A stretch of 25,555 nucleotides of DNA from positions 1 to 25,555 of the IMG/VR virus record IMGVR_UViG_3300027749_000449; one strand, written 5' to 3'. Positions 7,467 to 22,400 of this stretch are shown piece after piece (the first letter of the stretch is position 1; each line of letters begins with the position of its first letter). Under the pieces are notes generated by a model. The model was not told the origin of the DNA. It was given only the letters and a program-made list of their open reading frames with translations, and did no database searches. The translations under genes were made by a program, and so were the position numbers. This DNA is from a virus (Duplodnaviria > Caudoviricetes).

Positions 7467-10400
7467 TGGCATCAAGAATAAGAACATTGGATTTTCTTCC
7501 AGAAATATTTAAAACCACAACCAATGCACAATTTTTAGCAGCAACGCTAGATCAATTAGTGGCTCAACCCAATAATAAAAAAATTCAGGGTTATATTGGT
7601 AGTAAATTTGGATATGGTGTTAATGCTACAGATCGGTATGTAACCGAACCCACAAAGACAAGAACTGATTATCAATTAGATCCGGGTATTGTTTTCTTAA
7701 AAGAAAATGATTCTACTGCAAAAGATTTTATTAGCTATCCTGGAATTTTAGATGCATTGACTTTAGAAGGTGGATTAACCGCCGATAATAACAGACTATT
7801 CAATAGTCAATTTTATTCATGGGATTCATTTACTAATTTAGATCCAATCATTAACTTCAATCAATACTACTGGTTACCGGAAGGGCCTGAGCGTGTGGTA
7901 GTTTCTTCTGACATAGTATACAATTCAGAAAACTTTATTGTTCAGCCCGATGCAAACTATTATTTAATTTCTTCAGAAACACTTGCTACCCCTAGTGCTA
8001 ACCCAACGTTAACTCTACTAAGAGGTGGACAATATACCTTTACAGTGAATCAACTTACTCAGTTTTGGATTCAAGGAGTACCTGGTATTACTGGATTTAG
8101 TCCAACTGAGCGTAATGTACAAACTCGTGATGTATATGGTGTTACAAATAATGGGGCAACTAACGGAGTCGTTACCTTTTCTGTTCCTCAGAAAAATGCA
8201 CTAGATGACTTTATTTTCCCGGGTGATAATACCGTAGGTGTTGTTTCAACATTACCATTTGACCAAGTAAACGGAGCACTAGTAAATGAAATAGGAGGTA
8301 TTGACGGGGTAACAGCATTAGCCGGATTAACTGTAATGTTTTATAACACCGGCGTGCCAAGTGAAAGTGGTTATGTTGATAAATTCTTTGACCAAACATT
8401 GTATGATGAAAATGGCGGAGTAAACTACAATGAAAGTATAGATTATCCCGGATCATCAATATTCAACAATAATTACGAAGGCGGATACTATACTGATGTA
8501 TCTGCAACTTTCTACACTATTAGTTTATTAGGAGATATTGATAATCCTCAGATTCAATTGACTGCGACCGCAGCAATCCCTACAAATCAAAAAATAACTG
8601 CAATATATGGTTTTGAGTGGGCAAACAGAAACTTTTATAGAAGTTCAATTGGTGTAATAACATTACAGCCATACAACAGTGCCATACTTAATACGTTGTA
8701 TTATCAAGATGGTACTATTCCCGGTCGTGTTGGTGTTATCAATTTGATTGAGAACAATATTACAAATCAAATTAATGTAGAAACTGACATTTTAGGTAAG
8801 ACTAACTATACTTCTAAGAATGGTGTTGTTTTTACTAACGGATTAAAAGTTCTTTTTCAAGGTGATATATATCCTGAAAGTTTCAACAATGTAGAATTCT
8901 ATGTTGAAGGTGTGGGCACTGCAATTGAATTGATACCTGTAACCACACTGGTTTCACCTGGCTTATTCTCTGAAGGTTCATATATTCCGTTTGATACTAC
9001 GCCGTATGATATGGGTAACTATGATTCAAGTTTGTACGTTCCGATAAATCCTGATTATATAACTATTGCTAGAAATTCTATTAATAGAAATGCTTGGTCA
9101 AGAAGCAATCGTTGGTTTCATATTGATGTTATTAATGCCACTGCAACATATAACAATACTCCTGCTTTAATTACTGAATACACTCAATTAGGTAATAAAG
9201 CAAAAAGACCTATTATTGAATTCTATCCTAATCTTAAATTGTTTAATAGTGGTGCTGTGGGTAAAAACCCTATTGACTTCATTGATACTAAAACAACCGA
9301 TGCATTTACTTATGTAGCAGGTCAACCTAGCTATTACCCAGATACTGCTGGTTATACAACTGCTACCGCAACTATTGCTCCAATAATCGGAGCAATTGTA
9401 AAGACTGCAACTGCAACCACAGCATTAGTAAATCAAGTAGTATTGACTAACACAACTGGATTACATGTCAATGATACTATAACTTTTACCGGCACTGCGT
9501 TTGGTGGAATAAGCACTAGCCCCACAAATAATTCTAACCTATATTATGTTCTAGAAATTATAAATTCTACTAATATTGTAATATCAGATACTAAACAAGG
9601 AACTCCTGTAATAGTAACTACTGATGCAGGAACAATGACAGCAGCAGTGTATCCATATAGCACTACTGTTACAGTACCAACCACAGACGTATTTGGTTTG
9701 TTTACTATAGGCCAGTATATAACTGATTCTACTGGTTTATTACCGTCAATTACTTTTATAACTAATGTTAGTGCCGTGGGTTCTGACACTATTATTACAG
9801 TATCTTGGTATAATCAATCAATTGTTGATGGAACCTCAATTGCATCAGTAGTAACTGCTGATACTCCATTAGATAATTATGCATTATTTGACGGATCAAG
9901 GGTAGTATTTGCAGCCGATACCGACGATAATGTTAGAAATAAGATATATGTTTCACGCTTTTCTACAATAAATCCAGGTGGTATTCCAATCATTACTCTT
10001 ACTGAAGCTACTGATGGATTAGTTTTACCAGACGAGCAAACAGCAATTTACAGAGGATATAATTACAAGGGTAAAGATTTTTTCTTTGACGGGGTTGATT
10101 GGATTGATGGTCAACAAAAAACTCAACTAAATCAACCACCTAAATTTGATATATATGATAATAACGGTATAAGTTTTGGCGACAGCGAAGTTTATGTTGG
10201 TACATCATTTTCCGGTTGTACATTGTTTTCATATGGCATAGGATCAGGATCGAATGATGCAGTACTGGGTTTCCCATTAAGATATAGTTCTGTTAGTAAT
10301 GTAGGTGACATAAGTTTTGATGTTACGTTAAATTCTGCTACCTTCACGTATGTTCAAGGTATTAATTCAAAAACTGAGAACGTTAATAAGGGTTATGTTT

Positions 10401-13400
10401 ATAATTACGCAATAACACCCGGCATTGAACCATCAATTATTAGACAGTTAGGATGGCAAACTGCGGTATCACCGAGTGTGCAATATCAAATTTTTGAATT
10501 TGATTATGATACGCTATCAAACACAACCAACACTTTTACGTGTGATATAGCACCCATTGTTACTACACCCACATTGTGGCCACTGATTCAAATTTATATT
10601 AACAATGTATATGTACCAAACACCGATTGGCAGGTGCTTGATCCCCTGTCTACCATTTCAACGACTATTACTATTCCGGTAATTCCTACGACAAATACAG
10701 TAGTACAAATTTTAATTTTAAGCGATCAAATAAGCAACACTGCATACTTTCAAACACCTATCAACTTAAATAACAATCCATTAAATGCTTCTATTACAAC
10801 TGCAAACATAGGTGATATTCGTGGACAGTATCAAAGTATTTTCTTTAACAATCCCGATACAACCGGAATTGTTTTTGGCCCAAACAACTATCGTGATTTA
10901 GGTAATTTAGTGCCATGGGGCAATAGAATTATACAGAACAGTGCTTCACTAGTATTACCTGGTACTTTCTTAAGAAACCAAAATCATAATTTGTTCAACT
11001 CATTGTTGTACAACAGCAGACAATATATTACATTTAAAACCTTATTGGTTGATACAGTTAATAATTCAGATTATTCTAGAATAATGACTCCATCGCAAAT
11101 GTTGGATGATGCATTAGATAAGATTAATGCATCACACGTAGAATCTCAATCATTTTTCTGGAGTGATATGTTGCCTTCTAAGGCTCCCTACATCACAAAC
11201 ACATATAGTTTTGCAAATTCATTGGATATAAGTGTTTATCCGTTAAGCCATATATATGATTTTGCTACTGCAAATTACAATAGTATATTGGTATATTTGA
11301 TCCGCAATAATGTTCAAACACAATTGGTTACAGGAATTGATTACACTGTTAGTACTGATAGTCCTTCTTTGACTGTTATACTTTCATTAGAAGCAAATGA
11401 TAAAATTACTATAAAAGAATACAATCAAACATATGGAAGTTATGTTCCAAATACACCTACTAAATTAGGATTATATCCTGCGACTATCCCAAGCGTAACA
11501 TTAGATGCAGATTATAGTCCCGAAACATATTTTATAGTAGGGCATGATGGTTCATTTAATAAACTATATGGTAGCTATGATCCAACTACAGATACTCTAA
11601 TTGATTTTAGAGATCAAGTATTACTTGAATATGAAACTCGGGTATACAACAATTTAAAACTAAGTGCAACAGTTCCTGCAGGTTCATATCAAGGTGTAAT
11701 TATCCCCGGCTTCTTTAGAACCACTGATTATTCAAATGATGAATTCTTACAAATCTACAGCGAGTTGTTTTTAAATTGGGTTGGTCAAAATAGAATTGAT
11801 TATAAAACGCAAGTTTATAATAAGAATAATCAGTTTACCTTCAATTATAGAGACAGTGGCAACCAACTAAATAATCAACCAATTGAACAGGGCTATTTTA
11901 GGGGTGCTTATTTGTTCTTTTATGACACAAGTACTCCAAACGAAACACCTTGGCAGATGTTAGGTTTAGCAAATCAACCAACGTGGTGGACTAGTCGGTA
12001 TGGTCCTGCACCATACACAAGTGACAATTTGGTTTTATGGGGAGATTTAGAAACAGGTACTGTTTGGAATGACGGTGCACCGTTCATCAAACCTAGTTAT
12101 GCCCGTCCCGGGTTGTTACAAATAATACCAGTAGATAGTAATGGAAATTTGTTATCACCGTTTGATTCATTAGTTGGTAATTACGATCAATATCTATTCA
12201 AACGTGATTGGATAGTAGGTGATGTTGGTCCCGCAGAATTCAGCTATCGTAGAAGCAGCACTTGGCCCTTTGACTTGATGCATATTCTTGCATTAACTAA
12301 ACCAACTGATTTCTTTAACTTGGGTGTTGATGTTGATACGTACAAATATAATGTAGAATTTAATCAATATCTAGTAAATGATAGAAGTCATTTAGTAATA
12401 AGTGATGTTCCAATATATGGGGCAGGAACTCCTGCAACTAGCTATATCAACTGGATAGTTGACTATGAAAAACAAGTGGGAATTGATGCAACAACTAACA
12501 TAACTACATTGTTGGATAACTTAGATGTTCGGTTAGTATATCGTGCAGCAGGTTTTAGCGACAAAAATTTGCTGAAATTCTACGTTGAAAAGAGTTCGGC
12601 AAATAGTAATAATAGTTCATTGTTAATTCCTGACGAAAGTTATGGATTATTGTTGTACGAAAATCAACCATTTGATAGAATCATCTATAGTGGTGTAGTA
12701 ATACAAATAACTGAAAATGGTTATAAAGTTTTTGGTAACTCACAAACCAATGCATATTTCAAAACACTTACTCCAAAATTTGGTGGAAACACCCAGACAA
12801 TTACTGTTGAAAACTTAACAGTAAAAGTTACTGACAGTTTTACTAATACGACACAAGTAATTCCCTATGGAACTGAATTTTACAACACACAACAAGTAGC
12901 ACAGTTTTTGATTAACTATGGTGAATATCTGATAAGTCAAGGTGTCGTATACGAAGAAATTGAAAATGGCATTCCAATTCAATGGCAACAAATGATTGCT
13001 GAATTTATGTATTGGGCGCAAACTGGATGGGACATTGGTTCTATTACAACAATTAATCCCTCAGCTAACTTAATAACCATCGACAAAGAAAGCAGAATTG
13101 TTCAGCCTTTAACACTAAGTCAAAAAAACTTCTTGTTGAATCAAGAATTATATCCAATCTCAACAAATAATTTAAATATTACTCGTATTGGTACTGCATT
13201 TGCAGCTAGAACATTAAATGTAGGTGATGCTATTAGTTATGGTCAATTCAATATTAGTAACATTGAAAATGGTATAGTTTTTGATAATGTTACATTGTTT
13301 AATGATATAATTTATAATTTAGTTACGGGTCTAAGACAATATCGTATATCTGTTAATGGATCATTAACCGCTGATTGGAATGGCAATGTTGATGCTGCTG

Positions 13401-16400
13401 GATTTATTTTAAATCAAGACAATGTAGTAGAGTGGAACAACACTATTAAATATACTGCCGGTTCTATTGTAAAATATAAAAATAAATATTGGTCTGCTCT
13501 TAGAATAATACAACCAAGTACATTGTTCAAGGAACTTGATTGGAAAGAAACAACATATGATCAAATTCAAAAAGGGCTATTACCTAATAGTCAAACACGT
13601 TCATATGAAAGCACATTATATTATGACGTAGATAAAACTAATTTAGAAAATGATGCAGATTTACTATCGTTCTCTTTAATTGGATATCGTCCAAGAGATT
13701 ATCTAGCATTAGTTGATTTGACTGATGTTACCCAAGTTAATGTTTACAAAAACTTAATTAAAAATAAAGGTACATTGAATGCAGCTAGTGCTTTTAAGGG
13801 GACAAATTTACCACAAGGTGGTATTGATTATACAATATATCAAAATTGGGCTATTAAGTCAGGTGAATTTGGCGGAATACTTAATAACAACTTCATTGAG
13901 TTTAGACTTGACCAACCAAAATTAGTTGGTAATCCTTCTATCGTTGGACTAACCAGTGGTGTATCAATCAACGGTGTGCAACAAGAAGTACCACTATACA
14001 GTGTGTTTAACTACGGAAGACCGATAACAACTGTTAATATATTACCTACTATTTCAAACTTACAACCATCATCATTGTATCCCACTGCTGGATATGTTAA
14101 TTTAAATGATGTTAAAATGGCTAGTTATTTTTATTCTGGACTACCAACAGCGCAAAATGCTGCCGGAACTACAATTCCTATTAGTCAATTCTATGTGCGT
14201 GATTATGTTTGGTTAGCAAACTATCTTTCAACATGGCAAGTTTATACTCCGGCTAGTTTAGGATCAGTTATTAATGCTAAGAACAATTTAAACAACACTG
14301 TAACTATAACATTCAGCCAAGCACACAACTTGACAAGATATGAATCTTTTGCAATTGTTAATTTTAATGTTGCAATTGATAATTATTACATTGTTGCTGC
14401 TATAGTGGATCCGTTCAATGTCATCATAAATCTTTCATTAAACCCACAAATAAAAAACATTAACGGTCAAGGTGTTGGGTTTAGATTACAAAGTCAACGT
14501 GTGGCAACTGCACCTGAAATAGGTACCTTGCCATTGTTAGACAATGAGTTTAATAAATTAAAAGTGTGGGTTGATACCAATAATGATGGTAGCTGGGCTG
14601 TATATCGTAAGAGTTTGAATTATCAATATGATAAAGAAATTGTACATCCAGCGAGTGAAACTTTTGGTAGTGCAGTTGCATACACTTCTAGTTTTGGTTA
14701 CCTAATAGGTGACAGCGTTACTGGCGAAGTATATCGTTATACCTATGATGCAATCAGCGATTCTTACATATCATTCCAAACAATAACACAAACCACATCA
14801 TTTGGTGCAAACATATCGTATATTAATAACTTGTTTGTTATTTCTCAACCTACGGGAACACCTAACGTTTATGTATATCAGTATATTAATACGATTGCAC
14901 TAAACACACTATTATTGTGTCAAACTATTGCAGCTCCGGGCGGAGTAACAACATGGGGAACTTCAACCGCATTGTCAGGTGATCAAAACTGGCTTTATAT
15001 TTCTGACATTGATAATAATAGTGTTTATGCTTATCGCAGAGCAGCTTATAGTGTTACTAGTGGTAATTTTGTTTCAGGTAATACTTACACTATTACCAGT
15101 GAAGGTACTACTGATTTTACACTAATTGGAGCATCTAGTAATACTGTTGGAACAATATTCTTAGCAACTGGAGCCGGCAGCGGCACGGGGACTGCTACAA
15201 ACTCTACCTATGAATTTGCACACATTATTGACGGTGACGCATTAAGTTTAACTACCGCAGGCGATAACTTTGGTTACAGTATATCAACTGATTACTACGG
15301 TGATTCTGTGGTTATTGGAACTCCTCAACAAGATTATGATGTAAACACTCAGAATTATGGATATACTTATGTGTTCTCTAGAACCGTTCAGAATTTTGAA
15401 TCACAAGCAAACAGTCAAGCATATATTCCGATAGCATTGCAGTTAGCTTGGACACCTATTACAGTTACACAAACCGCAACTGCAACAACCGCATCAACTG
15501 ATAGAATTACTGTTAGTGATAGTACTGGATTTACTATTGGTGATCCTGTAGTATTCTCAGGTACTATCATATCTGCTGGAGCGATTTCACAGAATACAGT
15601 ATATTATGTTTTAGATAAACCAACATCAACTACATTTACTATCTCATCTACCCGCAATGGCAGTGTAATACAATTATCTGATGATACTGGCACTATGACA
15701 GTAACAGTTCAGTCAACACCTTTGTTTGTTCAAGTTAATGGAACTTCACTTGCAGATTACTATTACGCTGTAATTGGTTCTACATTAAACATCTATAGTG
15801 GAGCAACACCTACATTAAATGCAGGCGATATTGTTAATGTAAGTGGTTCTAACTTTGTGTTAGCACAAACACTAACAAATGAAGAAACACCAAGAGTTGG
15901 CGTACAATTTGGTTTAAGCACTGATACTAATACATTTGCAAATGAAATATTAGTTGGAGCTCCGTTTGAATTAAGTGCCGAGAACTACGAAGGTGCTGTT
16001 CATAGATACACAAATGGTGGCGAAAGATATGGCTCTTTCATTGGTACAACTGCATGTAATATAACTACTCCTAGAACTATTCTATTGAATGGGTACAGAG
16101 TTGTATTGCCAGTTGGCAATGCAACCACAGTAGCAACAAGTATCAACTTATTAAATCTTACTAACATACAAGCAAGTGCAGTAAACAGTAATTTAGTAAT
16201 ATCACTAATTAATGTTGATTTGGGTATTGCAGGTAACAAACTAACATTAACTGTATTAGATACAGATGCTTTAGGTGAAATGGGAGTTGTATTGTACACG
16301 CAAACACAAAAAGTATATTGCCCGCATGTGCAAGGTCGTACTCAGTTTGGTACCGTAGTAAAATTTGACAAGTCTAATTCAGGTTCATTTATAGCAAGTG

Positions 16401-19400
16401 CTCCAGTTGGAACCAGATATTCTAGTACAACATTTGACTTCTTTGACGATGAAATAGACAATGACACTGTATTTGATAACAACGCCACTCAATGGGTTGA
16501 CACATTTACTAACGCAGGCGCGGTGTACATGTTTGATTATTTGTCATTGTACAATGAAAATATAAATAATCCTGGTCAATTTGTATACGCACAAAGCACA
16601 AATGCCCAAGACTTAGATTATGGCGCACAACCAAATTATGGCTCTGCCCTAGATTTTAACAACAATAGAGTTACCATTGGTACACCAAACTTTGCTCCAA
16701 CTGGATATGCTAACGATATTTTTGGGCAAGTTGTTACTTATGTAAGTACAGCAAGCACTCCAGATTGGGCAGTGTATAGAAATTCTTCACCAATTGTTGA
16801 TGTTAACGGAATATTCAATATTCAATTGTTTAGTGCAAATACTAATCAAACATTAGCAAACTTAGATTACATTGATCCTCTACAGGGAAAACTATTGGGC
16901 GCGGTATCAGAAAATATTGATGTGGTATCCAACATAGACCCAGCAGCATATAATTCAGCAGGGTCTACCCAAGGTAGAAAAGTTTGGGCAGCTGATAAAG
17001 TGGGTAGTCTTTGGTTTGATACATCAAACACTCGTTTTATGAACTATCATCAAAATGATGTAAAATATAACAGCCAATATTGGGGTAGGGTATTTCCTGG
17101 AAGTAATGTAACCGTTTGTTCTTGGATTGCAAGCCAATCAACACCCTCACAGTATACCGGACCAGGAACACCATATGATGTTAATAGTTATTCTATTCGT
17201 GGAATAATTAATGCAGAAGGATTGATAACACCAATTTATTATTATTGGGTAAGAAATACAAATATTGTATTTTCCTCAATAGGTAAAACATTAGCAGATA
17301 GTACACTTGAGTCTTATATTTCACAACCACAACAATCTGGTATCAGTTATTTTACTTCATTACTACCTAGTGTATTTGGATTGTATAATTGTGCTGAGTA
17401 TGTTAACGCAAAAGATACAGTATTGCACATTGGTTATTCAGAAACCACTAATGATGATGTGGCGCATAATCAATATAGTTTGATTCGTGAGGGTTACCCT
17501 GACGATTTCTTAAGTGGGATTCCTGGCTCAGGTGCAGCATATCAAAATCACGCAGTAGTAGGTATCACAGAACCTATTGGTTTGTACAATAGAATGCTAG
17601 ACAGCATGTGCGGGGTTGACAATGCCGGCGGAGTTGTACCCGATCCATTACTACCAAAAGCGGTACAGACTGGTATATTAGCTAGACCAAGACAAGGTTT
17701 CTTCTATAATAGATTTGGTGCCCTAGCAAACTACTTACAGTATGCTAATACAGTGTTGGCACAGTTTCCTATCAACGAGATAAGAAATCCTAAATTCTTA
17801 TATAGAACAGGTGAATTCTTTGATACTACTAAGTATTGGCATAATGTCAATTGGTGGGCAATTGGTTATAACGATAATACTAAATCATCAATACAAGTAC
17901 CTATATATGCAGATTTGTCTACGCTAAATGTGCCTAATGGTACTATTGTAACAGTAGCATCAAATAGTATAGGTAATTCAGAGACTTACATTTACTCTGG
18001 CGCCGGTATTTGGACTAGAATTGGTTTGGCTAACGGTACTATTGAATTTAGCAGTAAATTATGGGATTATGCTGAAGCTATGCTAGGCTTTGGGGATAAC
18101 TTCTTTGATACTACACCGTATGATGAATATCCATCAGTAGAAACACGTTATATAATTCGTGCATTGAATGAAGAAATTTACACTAACGAATTGTTAGTCT
18201 TTAGAAATAAGAGTTTGATATTACTGTTTGAATATATTCAAAGTGAAACCATTGAAAGTCAAAACTATCTAACGTGGTTAAACAAAACATCATTTATAGA
18301 TGTATCTCACACTATTCGTGAATTGCTTCCTTTAGAAGTTTTCCGTTCTGATAATCAATTATTTTTAGAAGGATACTTGAATGAAGTCAAACCATATCAT
18401 GTAGTAATCAAAGAATTTATCTTTAGATATACTCGTACAGACCTATTTGAAGGAGATATAACCGACTTTGATTTGCCAGCGCAGTATAATTCAAATATAG
18501 ATCAATTTGTAACTCCTGAATTAGTGTATGATAATCCAAGCGGCGATAATCAATATCTATCATCAGACCCGATCTGGCAAACTGCTCCGTATAGCCAATG
18601 GTACAATAACTATGGTTTAAGTATATCCGGTCAAGATGGATATCAAATATCTGTGTTAGCATCTTATATGTCATTGAATTCAACTTCATGTTATGTTGAC
18701 AATGTAAATGGTTTCCCCGTATCAGGTATAATAATTCTTGGCGAAGAAATTATGAGTTATGCTAGTAAAAATCTAGCAACCAGTGAATTATTTGGAATTT
18801 CACGTGGCATAAACGGTACTGCTCCAACAGTACATATTCCCGGTGAAGATATATTCATAAACTTACCTGCTGTATTAGTACTTAATACAGGTAGAGGTTA
18901 TATAAACCCTCCTAGAGTTACCGCATACATTGATACTTCTATATATCCTGCACCAAAAGTTATTGCACAATTTGAACCAATAATGAGTTTGGGAATTTTA
19001 ATTGGAGTAAATGTAATTAATCCAGGTGAAGGTTATGCTGTTTTGCCTAATATTGTTATTGATCCTGCATTCACCGTTTCAGTAGATAGTACACAGGTAA
19101 ATACTGTAACAAATACGATTGGTATAACTAATCCTATATTACAAACAGGTGATTTAGTAATTTATACAGTGGCAACAAATAGTACACCAATCTTAGGATT
19201 AATTCCGGGTCAACACTATTATGTAAACCTACTAGAGATTACCCCATCTCCTGTGTTTGCACTTTATGCATCATATCAGACTGCAATAAATGACCATGAC
19301 CGCATTATTTTATCATCACAGGGTATTGGATCACAGTATTTTAATGTAAGTGCAGTTGCAAGTTGTGTTACTAGTTCAACGCCAACAAGAGAAAATAGTA

Positions 19401-22400
19401 TTGCATTGAAGTTTGATAGAACAAGTTATACTTCTCAAGTAATTGACTGGGTACCCTCAGGGTTCTATGGATCATTCTACGCCGGAACACTTAATAATAG
19501 CGCACAGGTTTCATCTTCGGCAATAACATTGGAAAGTTCCGCACCTCCAATAAGTCAGATTCTAGCGAGTGCACATGGTGTAAGTTTTGAAATTTTGAAT
19601 TCAACCAATCAACAAACATTGACTTGGTCTTCACGAACAAGAGATACAGTACAAACGTATGGACCATTAACCTTTTATCCAAATGCTATTCGTATTAATC
19701 CAAGTACAGGCGGCGCTGATGTTGTTGAAAAAATTGGTTCTACTATAGGTTTTTACATTGGCATGCCAATCAAGTTTATTGGATCAACTATTGGGACTAC
19801 ATTAACAAATGGTGTAACTTACTACGTTAAATCATTGATACAATTACCAAATCTTACTACTAGTGCGCTAGAAGATACTGGCTTCACTATTTCTGCTACT
19901 GTAGATAACAACGGCAATCCTGGTGCAGTACTTGCACAAAATACTGCTACCATTGTAACTGCTGGACTTATATTGTACGTAGGAGAATTGACAAATCTTG
20001 CTGTATTAACAATCAACTATGATGGAATTAGAACTGCTACTAATACAGTTTCTGGTATTAATAACATTACAGTTCAGTTAACTCCTGCAGGATTAGCAGG
20101 AACTACAGGATTCTATTTAGGCACTACTATATTCTTTACTGGTGATGTGTTTGGTGGAATAGTTGAGAATGAAATTTATTATGTAATAACTATCATTGAC
20201 AATCAGACATTTACCATGTCAACCGATAGCGATCCTACAACCTTTATTGTAACCGCAACAGCAGCTAGTAATAATTCTATCACATGCGTAAGTGCTACTG
20301 GGTTAGCAGTTAATGACCCTATTATATTCACAGGAACAACATTTGGTGGGATAGTTGCAGGTACAACATATTATGTAAGAGAAATATTTTCAGGAAATAC
20401 ATCATTTTCTATTGCAGCAACTTTTAACGGGCCCGCAGTTGTATTGACCAATGCTTCAGGATCATGTACTCTTACAGATCAAACTAATGCAGTAGTATTG
20501 ACAACTGCTTCAGGTAGTATGACATTAAATGTTGGCCTACCTGTAAGTCCAGGACAGATTGAAGGACAAGAATTTGAGTTCTATGAAACTTCTATCCCAT
20601 ATTCTAATGTATCTGGTACTGTTTCTAACCTGTTATCAAGAACTATCAATTCAACACTAGCGACTGTTAACAGAATTTGTATACTTGAAAATTTGACAAA
20701 CATTTATAACAACTTAGAATTCAATATTGCTTCTGATGTGGGTGGACTAACTGTAGCAGGTGAACCATACACAGTTAACGGTTCTGGTACAACAACGGTA
20801 AATGTATCTAGCACAAGTAGTTCTGGTAATTGGCTAACACTTCCGTTAGCTACTAATGCAAATCTCACCGATGTATTATATGTTGGTATGCCAATAGTAT
20901 TCACTGGTACATCATTGGGTGGAATTTCAATTGGTTTAACATATTATGTTTACTCAATAAATGCTAGTCCACCGGCTAGTACCGGACAATTTACTATTTC
21001 TGAATATAGAGAACTTGATCAAGTATTTGTATTAACAACCAGTAACGGAACAATGGTTGGTACAGGTGATAATTACTTGACCATTAGTGGCGGTCCTTCA
21101 TTAATAAATTCAGTACAAACTGCAACTATAACCAATGCTAGTCCGGCAGTAGTAACAGTGACCAACGGTAGTGCATTCCCGAACGGAACAGCTATAACAT
21201 TTGGAACATATGGTACTTTACCTGTGCCGTTAAACAGTATTACTACATATTATGTTATTAACTTGAGTGGTAATACATTTAATGTATCATACAGTTTAAA
21301 CGGAGCAGCAATAGCTACAATAACTGCTGGTTCCGGAACACACAGAGTTGCACAAAATAATGTAACACTAACACAGCAAACTATAACTGACCCGGACTTT
21401 GATGTTAGCTACATATTAGGAGGATATAGAGCTTCCGTCATTTCAACTTCAATTGGTAGTGGATATGCAATAAACAATACTATAACAATACCAGGACTAC
21501 TAGTGGGAGGAACAACTCCTGAAAATAATTTAGTACTAACTGTTGCAAGTATCAATTCAACCGGTGGTGTTACCTCAACAATTGCAAGCGGAACACCTAA
21601 TGGAATAGTATCTCAATATTACTTAAAAGTATTGTCAGAAAATCAAGTGGGTGTTTATAGTAATCCTAACTTGACAGTAGCAGTATCAGGTGAAAACTTC
21701 CCTTATACAGGTACTATTTCAACAGCCGCAACTGCTACTAGTTCAGTTGGTAATATAGTTACTGTAACAAGTTCTGCAAGTTTTGTTGTTAATGATGCAA
21801 TCGTATTCACTGGAACAACTTTTGGTAATATTGTATTAGGTCAGACATATTACGTTGCAAGCACGCCAACAGCAACCACTGTAACTATTTCCGAAACGAT
21901 AAGTGGAACCACTTTTGTATTAGCTACTAGTTCAGGAACTAACATGACAATGGCTAAGTCAGGTGACTTTATATTCTTATCGGAGCCATTCTTCTTTAAC
22001 CCAAGCATTGTAAAATACAACAATCGCTTGTATCAATGCATAGTAAGTAACAATGATGCTGACTTTATCTTTGGCAAATGGGAATTATTAACCTCTGGTG
22101 ATAAGAGATTGAATGCATTAGACAGAATTATTGGCTACTATCAACCTACGGTCAACATGCCCGGTGTTGATTTGACTCAACTAGTAACAGGAATAACTTA
22201 TCCAAACAGTACTTATATAGGTAATGCATTTGCTCCTGCAGATGAATATACGTTAGATGTTGAATTGCAAGATCAACCATTCTATCCATTAGGAATTAAT
22301 TTAGCATCTATAATATGGAATGGGTTAGTTTATATTGCTGTGTCAAATGCTGAAACGTATTCAGCATTTAATGTAAGTGCATATACTACCAATTGGTCAA

